Below, one piece after another: positions 56,228-64,000 of a stretch of 64,000 nucleotides of DNA. Below the pieces are notes generated by a model, which saw only the letters and a program-made list of their open reading frames with translations, was not told where the DNA came from and searched no databases. How positions within the stretch are numbered: the stretch's first letter is position 1; each line of letters opens with the position of its first letter. This DNA is from an uncultured Acidobacteriota bacterium (GTDB lineage Bacteria; Acidobacteriota; Vicinamibacteria; Vicinamibacterales; CAVVIG01), in assembly GCA_963807925.1 (NCBI GenBank), contig CAWEDP010000003.1:98237-162236 (forward strand). Direction: 5' to 3'. A program made the translations under genes and the position numbers.

Positions 56228-57021
56228 CCTGGCACGACGGCTTCGCGTCCACGTCGCGTCGTGGACGACAGACGGACGGGAATACCGCGCCCGTGGAGGT
56301 GGAGCTTCAGCGATTGCACGCTCGTCTCCGCGTAATGGAAGATCGACGCCGCCAGCGCGGCGTCCGCCCGCCCGATGGTGAACACGTCGACGAAGTGATC
56401 CAGCGTGCCGGCGCCGCCCGATGCGATGACGGGAATCGACACGGCTGCCGACACCTCCGCGTTCATGACGCAGTCGAACCCGATCTTCGTCCCGTCACGG
56501 TCGATCGACGTCAGCAGGATTTCGCCGGCGCCACGGTCCTCGGCCTCGCGCGCCCATTCCACCGCGTCGCGGCCGGCGGCCGCCGATCCGCTGCGGGAGT
56601 ACACCGCAAGCCGATCGGCTTCGCGCTTCGCGTCGATCGCGACGATCACGGCCTGACTGCCGTAGCGTCCGGCCAGCGTGGTGATGAGCGACGGGTGTGC
56701 GAGCGCCGCCGTGTTGAGGCTGACCTTGTCGGCGCCCGCCTCGACGACCGCCGCCGCATCGTCCTCGGTGCGGATGCCGCCGCCGACCGCCAGCGGGATG
56801 AAGAGCTCGCGGGCCACGCGGCGGATCGTGTCGGCGAGGGCGCGGCGCTTCTCGAGGGTCGCGGTGATGTCGAGGATGACGAGCTCGTCGACGCCCTCGA
56901 CGTTGTAGCGTCGCGCGAGCTCGGCCGGGTCGCCGGCCGAGCGCAGGCCTTCGAAGTTGATGCCCTTGACGACCTGACCGTCGCGAACGTCGAGACACGC
57001 GATGATGCGCTTGGAGAGCAT
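56221..57021 (-). CDS. hisF: imidazole glycerol phosphate synthase cyclase subunit
   Basis: [44 protein letters not shown]. Confidence 0.96.
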   Translation of the reverse strand: MLSKRIIACLDVRDGQVVKGINFEGLRSAGDPAELARRYNVEGVDELVILDITATLEKRRALADTIRRVARELFIPLAVGGGIRTEDDAAAVVEAGADKVSLNTAALAHPSLITTLAGRYGSQAVIVAIDAKREADRLAVYSRSGSAAAGRDAVEWAREAEDRGAGEILLTSIDRDGTKIGFDCVMNAEVSAAVSIPVIASGGAGTLDHFVDVFTIGRADAALAASIFHYAETSVQSLKLHLHGRGIPVRLSSTTRRGREAVVPGC

Positions 57022-57047
57022 AAGCGTCGGAACGCGGCGCTCGCGGA

Positions 57048-57665
57048 CTATCGGTCCGCCAGCGCCAGGAAGTTCTTCAGGATCCTCAGACCGACGTCTC
57101 CGGACTTTTCCGGATGGAACTGCACGCCGGCGACCCGCCCCCGCTGCACGATCGCGGCGAAGGGCTGTCCGTGTTCGGTCGTCGCCACTGTATCGAGTGT
57201 CAGCGGCCCCGCGTAGCTGTGCGTGAAGTACACCTGCGATCCCGTCGCGACGCCGTCGACGATCGAATCCGGCCGGCAGATGTCGAGCGCGTTCCATCCG
57301 ACGTGCGGGATCTTGATCGACGTGCCGTTGACGCTGGCCGGCAGCCTGTGGCAGCGGCCCTGCAGCACGCCCAGGCCGTCGCAGTCGGGCGATTCCTCGC
57401 TGCCTTCGAACAGCCACTGCATGCCGAGGCAGATGCCGAGCAGCGGCCGTCCGCCCTCGACATGCCGGCGGATGACCGCCATCCACTCACCGGCCAGCGT
57501 CTGGGTGGCGTCGAAGTGGCCGACGCCGGGCACGACGATGGCGGCGGCGGCGCGCAGGTCGGCCGGCGCGGCCGGCACGAAGAGCTCCGTATCGAGCGCC
57601 GCGAACGCCTTCTTGACCGACGTCAGATTGCCGGCCCGGTAGTCGATCAGGGCGACGTCGGTCAC
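57048..57665 (-). CDS. hisH: imidazole glycerol phosphate synthase glutaminase subunit
   Basis: PGVGHF, GICLGMQ, YFTHSY, QFHPEKS. Confidence 0.96.
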   Translation of the reverse strand: MTDVALIDYRAGNLTSVKKAFAALDTELFVPAAPADLRAAAAIVVPGVGHFDATQTLAGEWMAVIRRHVEGGRPLLGICLGMQWLFEGSEESPDCDGLGVLQGRCHRLPASVNGTSIKIPHVGWNALDICRPDSIVDGVATGSQVYFTHSYAGPLTLDTVATTEHGQPFAAIVQRGRVAGVQFHPEKSGDVGLRILKNFLALADR

Positions 57666-58249
57666 AACAGCCCCTTGGTCGACGGCAGCATCCGCGCGAG
57701 CCGGCGATCCCTGGCGCAGGCGACGCGCAGGGCGCGGGCGAACGCCTTGAAGACGGCCTCGACGTGGTGGTGGGTCGAGCGGCCGTAGAGCACCTTCACA
57801 TGGACGTTGGCCCGCGCCCCGAGGCCGAACCCCTCGAAGAAATCGTGCACGAGCTCGGTCTGCAGGTCGCCGACGCGCGCCACCTTCGTCTTCAGGTCGA
57901 CGACCGTGTGCGGTCGCCCGCCGAGGTCGACCGCGACCACCGCAAGGGTTTCGTCCATCGGCATCACGAAGTACCCCGCGCGATTGATCCCCCGCCGGTT
58001 GCCGAGCGCCTTCGAGACCGCCTCGCCGAGCGCGATGCCGAGATCCTCCACGGTGTGGTGCTGGTCGACGTCCAGATCGCCGGCCGCCTCGACCCTCAGA
58101 TTGAAGCCGCCGTGCCGCGCGAAGAGCTCGAGCATGTGATCGAGGAACCGGATGCCCGTCCGCACCTGGTACTTCCCCTGACCATCGAGCGCGAGCGACA
58201 GCGAGATCCGCGTTTCGCTGGTGCGACGGTCGATTACCGCGCGGCGCAC
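57662..58249 (-). CDS. hisB: imidazoleglycerol-phosphate dehydratase (monofunctional)
   Basis: [28 protein letters not shown]. Confidence 0.96.
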   Translation of the reverse strand: MRRAVIDRRTSETRISLSLALDGQGKYQVRTGIRFLDHMLELFARHGGFNLRVEAAGDLDVDQHHTVEDLGIALGEAVSKALGNRRGINRAGYFVMPMDETLAVVAVDLGGRPHTVVDLKTKVARVGDLQTELVHDFFEGFGLGARANVHVKVLYGRSTHHHVEAVFKAFARALRVACARDRRLARMLPSTKGLL

Positions 58250-59277
58250 AGCACCTCTTCCATCACGGAGATGCACCGGCGTGTGTGTTCGACAATGCCG
58301 GTGCCGATGCGAAGGCATCCGGCGCAGCCCGGTTCCCGCGAGCGATCGCGCAGGTAGACGCCTCGCTGCTGAGCGCCCGCGACCAGCCTGTCCACGAGAC
58401 CTCCGGCGCGGACGAGCACGAAGTTGGCGGCGCTCGTCCAGTATGCCAGTCCGAGCCGATCGCACGCCGCATAGAGCAGCATCTTCGACTCGGCGACCTG
58501 TCGAAGGTAGTCGTGCACGTACGCCAGGTCCTGGAGCGCGGCGCGAACGGCCACCACGGCCGCGATGTTCACGCTGTACACCGGTACCGCCAGCCGAATC
58601 GGATCGAGCCGGTCGGCCGCGCCCACGAGGCAGCCGATGCGCAGCCCCGCCAGCCCGAACGCCTTCGAAAACGTGCGGCCGACGATGACGTTGGCGAACG
58701 AGGCCAGTTCGGGGATGAAGCTGGTGCCCGAGAATTCCGCATAGGCCTCGTCCACGAACACGATGGCCTCGGGAGGAACCTCCCGCGCCAGCGTGCGGAT
58801 GGCCTCGAGCGGCGCCGGCACCCCGGTCGGGTTGTTCGGGTTGGTGACGAAGACGACGCGCGTCCGCGGCGTGATCGCTGCGAGCACCTCCTCGAGCGGA
58901 AAGGTGAAATCCGCCTTCGGCATCACGCGCACGGGTCGTCCGCCGACCACCGCGGTGTCGAAGGCGAAGATCTCGAAGGCGGGCTCCGGGATGACGGCTT
59001 CCGGGACGAACCCTCCCTCCGACGATCGCAGGTACGCGATCGCGATGCCGGTGATGCCCTCGTCCAGACCGTTGACGAGGGCGACCGCCTCGGGCGGCGC
59101 TCCGAAGTAACGCGCGCAATCCTGGATGGCCGCCTCGTAGGGCGGATAGAAGCCGACCTGCTCCCTCTCGAGCGCCCGCAGGGCGTCGAGCACGCGCGGG
59201 GAGCAGCCCCGGGTGTTCTCGTTCTGGTGCAGGCGCAGGCCGTCGTACAGCTCGGCCGGCTTCTCGTAGCGCATCAT
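58234..59277 (-). CDS. hisC: histidinol-phosphate aminotransferase
   Basis: [42 protein letters not shown]. Confidence 0.93.
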   Translation of the reverse strand: MMRYEKPAELYDGLRLHQNENTRGCSPRVLDALRALEREQVGFYPPYEAAIQDCARYFGAPPEAVALVNGLDEGITGIAIAYLRSSEGGFVPEAVIPEPAFEIFAFDTAVVGGRPVRVMPKADFTFPLEEVLAAITPRTRVVFVTNPNNPTGVPAPLEAIRTLAREVPPEAIVFVDEAYAEFSGTSFIPELASFANVIVGRTFSKAFGLAGLRIGCLVGAADRLDPIRLAVPVYSVNIAAVVAVRAALQDLAYVHDYLRQVAESKMLLYAACDRLGLAYWTSAANFVLVRAGGLVDRLVAGAQQRGVYLRDRSREPGCAGCLRIGTGIVEHTRRCISVMEEVLCAAR

Positions 59278-60512
59278 GACAGGCGCACCTCGATCGATTC
59301 GGCGTGCGCCACGAGTCCCTCGGCGCGCGCGAGCGGCACGATCACCGGCGCCAGCGAGGCGAGGCCGGCCCGCGTGACGCGCTGCACAGACATCACGCGC
59401 ACGAAATCGGCCGCGCTCAACCCGCCTCTGAAGCGTGACGCCCCGGAGGTGGGAAGCACGTGATTGGACCCGGTCGCGTAGTCGCCGGCTGCCTGCGCGG
59501 CGAACGGCCCCACGAACACCGCGCCGGCAATCAGCGTGCGTGTCGCGATGGCCTCCCGATCCACGACCAGATGCTCGGGGGCGATGCGGTTGGCCAGCGC
59601 GACGGCGGCGTCCAGCGTCGGCGCGACGATTGCGGCGCCGTTGGCGGCGAGCGAGGCCTGCGCGATCGGGCGGCCGGTGGCGGCGTGCGCCAGTGCCGTG
59701 CGCACGCGTTCGGCGAGCGGCCGCTTCCACGTGATGAAGATGGCGCGCGCCTCCGGATCGTGCTCCGCCTGCGCCATCAGGTCGGCCGCGATCCATTCCG
59801 GGCGGCCCTCGCCCGCGACGATGACGATTTCGGTCGGGCCGGCATAGAAGTCGATCGCGCAATCGGCGGCGACGTACGCCTTGGCGGCGGCGACGTAGCG
59901 GTTGCCCGGCCCGACGATCTTGTCGACGCGCGGAACGGTCGCGGTGCCGTACGCGAGGGCGGCGACCGCGTGCGCGCCGCCAACGCGGAACAGGCGGCTC
60001 ACGCCGGCTTCGAGGGCCGCCGCCATGACCGCCGGCTCGGGCCGCGGGCAGGCCACGAGAATCTGCGTCACGCCGGCGACGCGAGCCGGGATGGCCGTCA
60101 TGAGCAGCGAGGAGGGCAGCGGGAAGCGGCCGCCCGGGACGTAGCATCCCACGCGCACGAGCGGCACGACCCGCTGCTCGACCGTCACGCCACGCGAGAC
60201 GGCGACCCGCGTCGTCCTGGGCAGCTGGCGCCGCGCCACGCGGGCAATCTGGCGGGCGGCGCGACCGAGGGCGCGGCGCACGTCGGCGGGCACGCGCGAG
60301 GCGAGCGCACTCATCTCGTCGCGGCCGACCTCGAGGAGGCCGGTGACCCCGTCGAACCGGCGGGCGAAGCGGGTCAGCGCCCGGTCGCCCTCGTCGCGCA
60401 CCTGGTCGACGATTCGACGGACCCGCCGCTCGACGGTCCGATCGCGGCGCGGTCCCCTCGCGACGAGCCGATCGATCGCTGCAGTGTCGCTCGCATCGAT
60501 GAGTTTGAGCAT
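59274..60512 (-). CDS. hisD: histidinol dehydrogenase
   Basis: [37 protein letters not shown]. Confidence 0.95.
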   Translation of the reverse strand: MLKLIDASDTAAIDRLVARGPRRDRTVERRVRRIVDQVRDEGDRALTRFARRFDGVTGLLEVGRDEMSALASRVPADVRRALGRAARQIARVARRQLPRTTRVAVSRGVTVEQRVVPLVRVGCYVPGGRFPLPSSLLMTAIPARVAGVTQILVACPRPEPAVMAAALEAGVSRLFRVGGAHAVAALAYGTATVPRVDKIVGPGNRYVAAAKAYVAADCAIDFYAGPTEIVIVAGEGRPEWIAADLMAQAEHDPEARAIFITWKRPLAERVRTALAHAATGRPIAQASLAANGAAIVAPTLDAAVALANRIAPEHLVVDREAIATRTLIAGAVFVGPFAAQAAGDYATGSNHVLPTSGASRFRGGLSAADFVRVMSVQRVTRAGLASLAPVIVPLARAEGLVAHAESIEVRLS

Positions 60513-60541
60513 GACGGCCGAATCCCCAGCGCCTGATCCCT

Positions 60542-61429
60542 CTAGATGACAATCTTGTTGAGCGGATACTCGACAATCCCCTGCGCGCCGGCGCCCTTCA
60601 ACCGCGGAATCAGGTCGCGCACGGTCCGCTCCTCGATGATCGTGTTCACCGCCACCCACGCCTCGTCGCTCAACGCCGAAATGGTCGGGCGCTGGAGCGC
60701 GGGCAGGAGGTCCAGAATCGCCGGCAGGTCGGGACGTCGAACGTTCAGCATCAGGCCGACGCGGCCCTGCGCGGCGATGGCCGCCTTGAGCAGGAGCGCG
60801 AGGTTCTCGAGCTTCGTCCGCTTCCATGAATCGGCCATCACGGTGCGACTGGCGACGAGCTGCGTGTTCGATTCCATGACAGTGTCGAGGATGCGCAGCC
60901 GGTTGGCGCGCAGCGTCGATCCGGTTTCCGTGGCCTCGACGATGGCGTCGCACAGGACCGGCGGCTTCACCTCGGTGGCGCCCCACGAGAATTCGACGTG
61001 GACCGGCACCCGGTGCCGCTCGAAATACGCGCGTGTGACCCGGACCAGTTCGGTCGCCACGGTGCGGCCGTCCAGATCCTGCGCCGATGCGATGGGCGAA
61101 TCCTCCGGCGCCGCCAGCACCCACCGCACCTTCCCGAAGCTCTGTTTCGCGTAGATGAGATCGGCGATCGGCGTCAGCACGCCGGTCGTCCCGTCGCCGA
61201 GTTCGTGCTCGGCGATCCAGTCCTGGCCGGTGAGCCCCGCGTCGAGGACGCCGTCGGCCACGTAGCGGGCCATCTCCTGGGCGCGGATGAGCATGCACTC
61301 GAGCTCCGGGTCGTCGACCGTGGGGAAATACGATCGCGCATTGACGTACAGGTTGAATCCGGCGCGCGCGAACAGCTGGACGGTGGCGTCCTGCAGCGAT
61401 CCCTTCGGAATCCCCAGCTTCAGTTTCAT
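60542..61429 (-). CDS. hisG: ATP phosphoribosyltransferase (long form)
   Basis: [32 protein letters not shown]-terminal regulatory domain. Confidence 0.96.
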   Translation of the reverse strand: MKLKLGIPKGSLQDATVQLFARAGFNLYVNARSYFPTVDDPELECMLIRAQEMARYVADGVLDAGLTGQDWIAEHELGDGTTGVLTPIADLIYAKQSFGKVRWVLAAPEDSPIASAQDLDGRTVATELVRVTRAYFERHRVPVHVEFSWGATEVKPPVLCDAIVEATETGSTLRANRLRILDTVMESNTQLVASRTVMADSWKRTKLENLALLLKAAIAAQGRVGLMLNVRRPDLPAILDLLPALQRPTISALSDEAWVAVNTIIEERTVRDLIPRLKGAGAQGIVEYPLNKIVI

Positions 61430-61764
61430 CGTTGACCGTCTCCAGCCGTCACGGCGTCGAGCGTCCGGAAGAAGCATGTCCGCTCGCCGGTGTGGCACAC
61501 GTTGCCCTGGCCGAGCCGCATCACCTTCACCAGCACCGTGTCATCGTCGCAATCGACGAGGATCTCGGTGACCTGGAGGCGATTGCCCGAGGTCTCGCCC
61601 TTGGTCCACAGCTGGCCGCGCGAGCGGCTGAAGAAGGTCGCAAATCCGGTCCGCCGCGTTTCGGCGAGCGCCCGCTCGTTCATGAATCCCACCATCAGGA
61701 CCTCGGCGCTTTCCGCGTCCTGGATGACGGCCGGGATCAACCCATCGAGTTTCGAGTAGTCCAT
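61426..61764 (-). CDS. hisI: phosphoribosyl-AMP cyclohydrolase (monofunctional, 112 aa)
   Basis: [32 protein letters not shown]. Confidence 0.95.
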   Translation of the reverse strand: MDYSKLDGLIPAVIQDAESAEVLMVGFMNERALAETRRTGFATFFSRSRGQLWTKGETSGNRLQVTEILVDCDDDTVLVKVMRLGQGNVCHTGERTCFFRTLDAVTAGDGQR

Positions 61765-61794
61765 AAAACAAAAAACCCCGCCGGTCGGGCGGGG
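61765..61794 (-). terminator. intrinsic terminator of the his attenuator
   Basis: minus strand CCCCGCC-CGACC-GGCGGGG-TTTTTTGTTTT directly before the hisI ATG. Confidence 0.9.
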
Positions 61795-61828
61795 ATCCGT
61801 GTCGTCGGGTTCGTTCGTCCACCCTAGA

Positions 61829-61891
61829 TCACACGTCACCCCGCCGGCCGAAGCCGTGATGATGCAGAGACGCGTGGTGATGACGATCCAT
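61829..61891 (-). CDS. hisL: his operon leader peptide MDRHHHASLHHHGFGRRGDV
   Basis: 20 aa with six His in two triplets, between the promoter and the terminator. Confidence 0.88.
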   Translation of the reverse strand: MDRHHHASLHHHGFGRRGDV

Positions 61892-61927
61892 GGCTGGCTG
61901 AGTGCCGGCGCTGCCGGCCCGTGCAAC

Positions 61928-61957
61928 AGCGTATCCGCATCGGTTCGCGGCTGTCAA
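61928..61957 (-). promoter_or_regulatory. sigma70-type promoter of the his leader/operon
   Basis: minus strand TTGACA-18 nt-TACGCT. Confidence 0.65.
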
Positions 61958-62055
61958 TGCGGCCGCGGCCGTCCACGGCCGCGCCGGGGCCGGAGCGGCG
62001 TTCGGCGTATAGTGGGCAGATCTTTCTGGCCGAGGCGAAACCACAGGAGGGCACC

Positions 62056-62355
62056 ATGCGAATGATGTTGAAGGTCTCCATCCCCGTCGAGGGCGGCAAC
62101 GCCGCGATTCAGAATGGATCGCTGCAGAAGATCATGCTCGAGTCGCTCGAGCGTTTGAAGCCCGAAGCGGCCTACTTCACGGCGGACAACGGACAGCGTA
62201 CCGCGTTCTTCGTCATCGACATGGTCGACGTGTCGGACATGCCCCGGATCGCGGAGCCGTTCTTCATCGGCCTCAACGCCAGTATCACCACGATGCCGGT
62301 GATGAACGCCGAGGATCTGAAGAAGGGCCTCGCCAAGATCGCTCAGTCGGTCTAG
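62056..62355 (+). CDS. small conserved hypothetical protein (DUF3303-like)
   Basis: AGGAGG RBS, TATAGT -10 at 62008-62013, LKPEAAYF..RTAFFV..EPFF..PVMNAEDL. Confidence 0.75.
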   Translation: MRMMLKVSIPVEGGNAAIQNGSLQKIMLESLERLKPEAAYFTADNGQRTAFFVIDMVDVSDMPRIAEPFFIGLNASITTMPVMNAEDLKKGLAKIAQSV

Positions 62356-62367
62356 CCGGCGGCAGCG

Positions 62368-62395
62368 AGCCCCGGCGCGGCCGGGGCTTCTTCTT
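62368..62395 (+). terminator. probable intrinsic terminator
   Basis: AGCCCCGG-CGCGG-CCGGGGCT followed by TCTTCTT. Confidence 0.6.
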
Positions 62396-62425
62396 GACAC
62401 GATTGTATTAATGAACTAGTACAAT
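62394..62425 (+). promoter_or_regulatory. promoter (TTGACA) overlapped by a YtrA-type operator ATTGTATTA-N6-TAGTACAAT
   Basis: inverted repeat 62402-62425 directly upstream of a YtrA-like GntR gene. Confidence 0.75.
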
Positions 62426-62432
62426 AGTTCAA

Positions 62433-62825
62433 GTGGCTGTCGTCTCCCTTGATCCGCACGACCCGACGCCAATCTACGCGCAGCTCGAGCGCGGCTTTCG
62501 GGCCGGCATCGCCGCCGGCCGGCTGCGCCCGGGCGACCAGCTGCCGACCGTCCGGCAGCTCGCGGTCGACCTGCGCGTGAACGCCAACACCGTGGGCCGC
62601 GTGTACGGCGAGCTCGAACGGGCCGGCGTCCTCGAGACCCGGCGCGGCGTCGGCACGTTCATCCGCGCGGCGGTCCGATCGGACGCGCGGTCCTCGACCG
62701 ACAAGGCGCGGCGGCTGCGCGGGTTCGTCACCAAGGTGCTGGCCGACGCCGAGGCCGCGGGGTTCACGCGCGACGAGCTCGTGGCGGAGCTGGAAACGCA
62801 CCGGTCACCAAGGAGCGCCCGATGA
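62433..62825 (+). CDS. GntR family transcriptional regulator, YtrA subfamily
   Basis: PIYAQL, GDQLPTVRQLA, NANTVGRVYGELE, RRGVGTFI; 130 aa. Confidence 0.92.
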   Translation: MAVVSLDPHDPTPIYAQLERGFRAGIAAGRLRPGDQLPTVRQLAVDLRVNANTVGRVYGELERAGVLETRRGVGTFIRAAVRSDARSSTDKARRLRGFVTKVLADAEAAGFTRDELVAELETHRSPRSAR

Positions 62826-63733
62826 TTTCGATCGTCACGCCGAAGGATCTCTCCGTCCCCCGCGTCAACGTCGTCTCGGCGGCGCTGCTCGTCGCCGCGC
62901 TGGCCATGGGCGTGCTGCTGGCCGTCGCGATGCGCAGCGTCGTTCCGGCGCTGGTGTTCGCGGCGATCGGCCTGATTGCCATGCAGGCGCCCCGCGTCGC
63001 GCAGCAGTGGGAGCGCGTCGTGGTGCTGCGCCTCGGCCGGTTCCACCTCATGCAGGGCCCCGGGCTGTTCTGGGTGGTGCCGTTGGTCGACCGCGTGTCG
63101 GCGTGGATCGACCAGCGGACCATCACGACGAGCTTCGCGGCGGAACAGACGCTGACCTCCGACACGGTGCCGGTCAACGTGGACGCCGTGCTCTTCTGGA
63201 TGGTGCACGACGCGCAGAAGGCCGCGCTCGAGGTGCAGGACTACGAACAGGCCGTGAGCTGGGCGGCGCAGACGGCGCTGCGGGACATCATCGGCCGGAC
63301 CGCGCTGACCGATCTGCTGCGCGGGCGCGAGCGGATCGAGAGCGAGCTGCAGCAGCTCATCGACGCGCGGTCGAATCCCTGGGGAATCACGGTGCAGTCG
63401 GTCGAGATGCGCGACGTCGTCATTCCGAGCGCGCTGCAGGACGCGATGTCGCGCGAAGCGCAGGCGGCGCGCGAGAAGCAGGCGCGGATCATTCTCGGCC
63501 AGGCCGAAGTCGAAATCGCGCACTCCTTCGAGGAGGCGGCGCGGTCGTACCGCGAGAACCCGACGGCGCTCCACCTGCGCGCGATGAACATGCTGTACGA
63601 GGGCCTCAAGGAGAAGGGCGCGTTGATGCTGATTCCGAGCAGCGCCGTCGAATCGATGGGCATGGGCGGCCTGATGGGCGCCGCGGCGCTCAGGCAGGAG
63701 CGACTGACCAGGGGGAGCGACGGGATCGAGTAG
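62822..63733 (+). CDS. SPFH/band 7 (slipin, stomatin-like) protein
   Basis: WERVVVLRLG, VNVDAVLFW, AQTALRDIIG, AMSREAQAAREKQAR. Confidence 0.92.
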   Translation: MISIVTPKDLSVPRVNVVSAALLVAALAMGVLLAVAMRSVVPALVFAAIGLIAMQAPRVAQQWERVVVLRLGRFHLMQGPGLFWVVPLVDRVSAWIDQRTITTSFAAEQTLTSDTVPVNVDAVLFWMVHDAQKAALEVQDYEQAVSWAAQTALRDIIGRTALTDLLRGRERIESELQQLIDARSNPWGITVQSVEMRDVVIPSALQDAMSREAQAAREKQARIILGQAEVEIAHSFEEAARSYRENPTALHLRAMNMLYEGLKEKGALMLIPSSAVESMGMGGLMGAAALRQERLTRGSDGIE

Positions 63734-63747
63734 CCAGGAGGTGCGGC

Positions 63748-63855
63748 ATGCCGGAGCCACGAAGCGTCGATCGTCAGGAGCAGCTCGTGTGGCTGCTCCT
63801 CGTCGTCCTCGGGGCGTTTCTCGCGATCGTCGGGTGGTACCGCTGGATCACCTGA
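63748..63855 (+). CDS. 35-aa single-TM small protein
   Basis: AGGAGG RBS; MPEPRSVDRQEQLVWLLLVVLGAFLAIVGWYRWIT. Confidence 0.65.
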   Translation: MPEPRSVDRQEQLVWLLLVVLGAFLAIVGWYRWIT

Positions 63856-63883
63856 GCGTACGCCCCGCGACCCGGCGGGCAGG

Positions 63884-63912
63884 CTGACGCGCTCCGCCAA
63901 TCCGCATACAAT
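63884..63912 (+). promoter_or_regulatory. sigma70-type promoter
   Basis: CTGACG-17 nt-TACAAT. Confidence 0.5.
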
Positions 63913-63938
63913 CCCGGACAGGGGGGATGCGGCCCGGG

Positions 63939-64000
63939 ATGAAGCTGCTCTACGGCTATCTGCGGAAGTACTGGCGGCTCGTGGTGCTGGCGCTCACGCT
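63939..64000 (+). CDS. start of a membrane protein, possibly an ABC exporter (truncated by the window)
   Basis: MKLLYGYLRKYWRLVVLALT resembles ABC exporter N-termini; only 20 codons visible. Confidence 0.45.
   Translation, partial: MKLLYGYLRKYWRLVVLALT

Noticed and set aside
61765..61926. N-terminal extension of hisI in the ORF track
   Set aside because: It runs through the leader peptide and terminator; hisI starts at 61764
1..64000. tRNA, rRNA, IS/transposase, integrase or prophage genes
   Set aside because: None recognised by eye; intergenic gaps are short and explained. tRNAscan/Rfam were not run

Overview
High-GC bacterial chromosomal window. Gene content and style (Gly-Arg-rich secreted proteins, carboxypeptidase-regulatory-like TonB receptor, bshA/bshB1) suggest Acidobacteriota, probably Vicinamibacteria; this is inference. 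About 55 real CDS: argH, purE, panE, ada, bshB1-bshA, an E1 alpha/beta pair, an M16 peptidase pair, transporters, a sigma54-type minor-pilin cluster with a ~1000-aa PilX-like protein, an ECF sigma with a split anti-sigma, a six-gene glycan synthesis/export operon built on a GH-A/GT2/TM/NHL fusion, and a hisIGDCBHFA operon with a His-rich leader peptide and attenuator. The best novel-system candidate is a signal-peptide-bearing upstream ORF ending in RGPP (a ribosome-arrest-type motif). Its tail can pair with the Shine-Dalgarno of a B12 radical SAM / DegT aminotransferase / DedA operon. Three genes carry single-base insertions, two in the identical 9-mer context, which points to systematic sequencing error. 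No rRNA, tRNA, CRISPR array or transposase was recognised.
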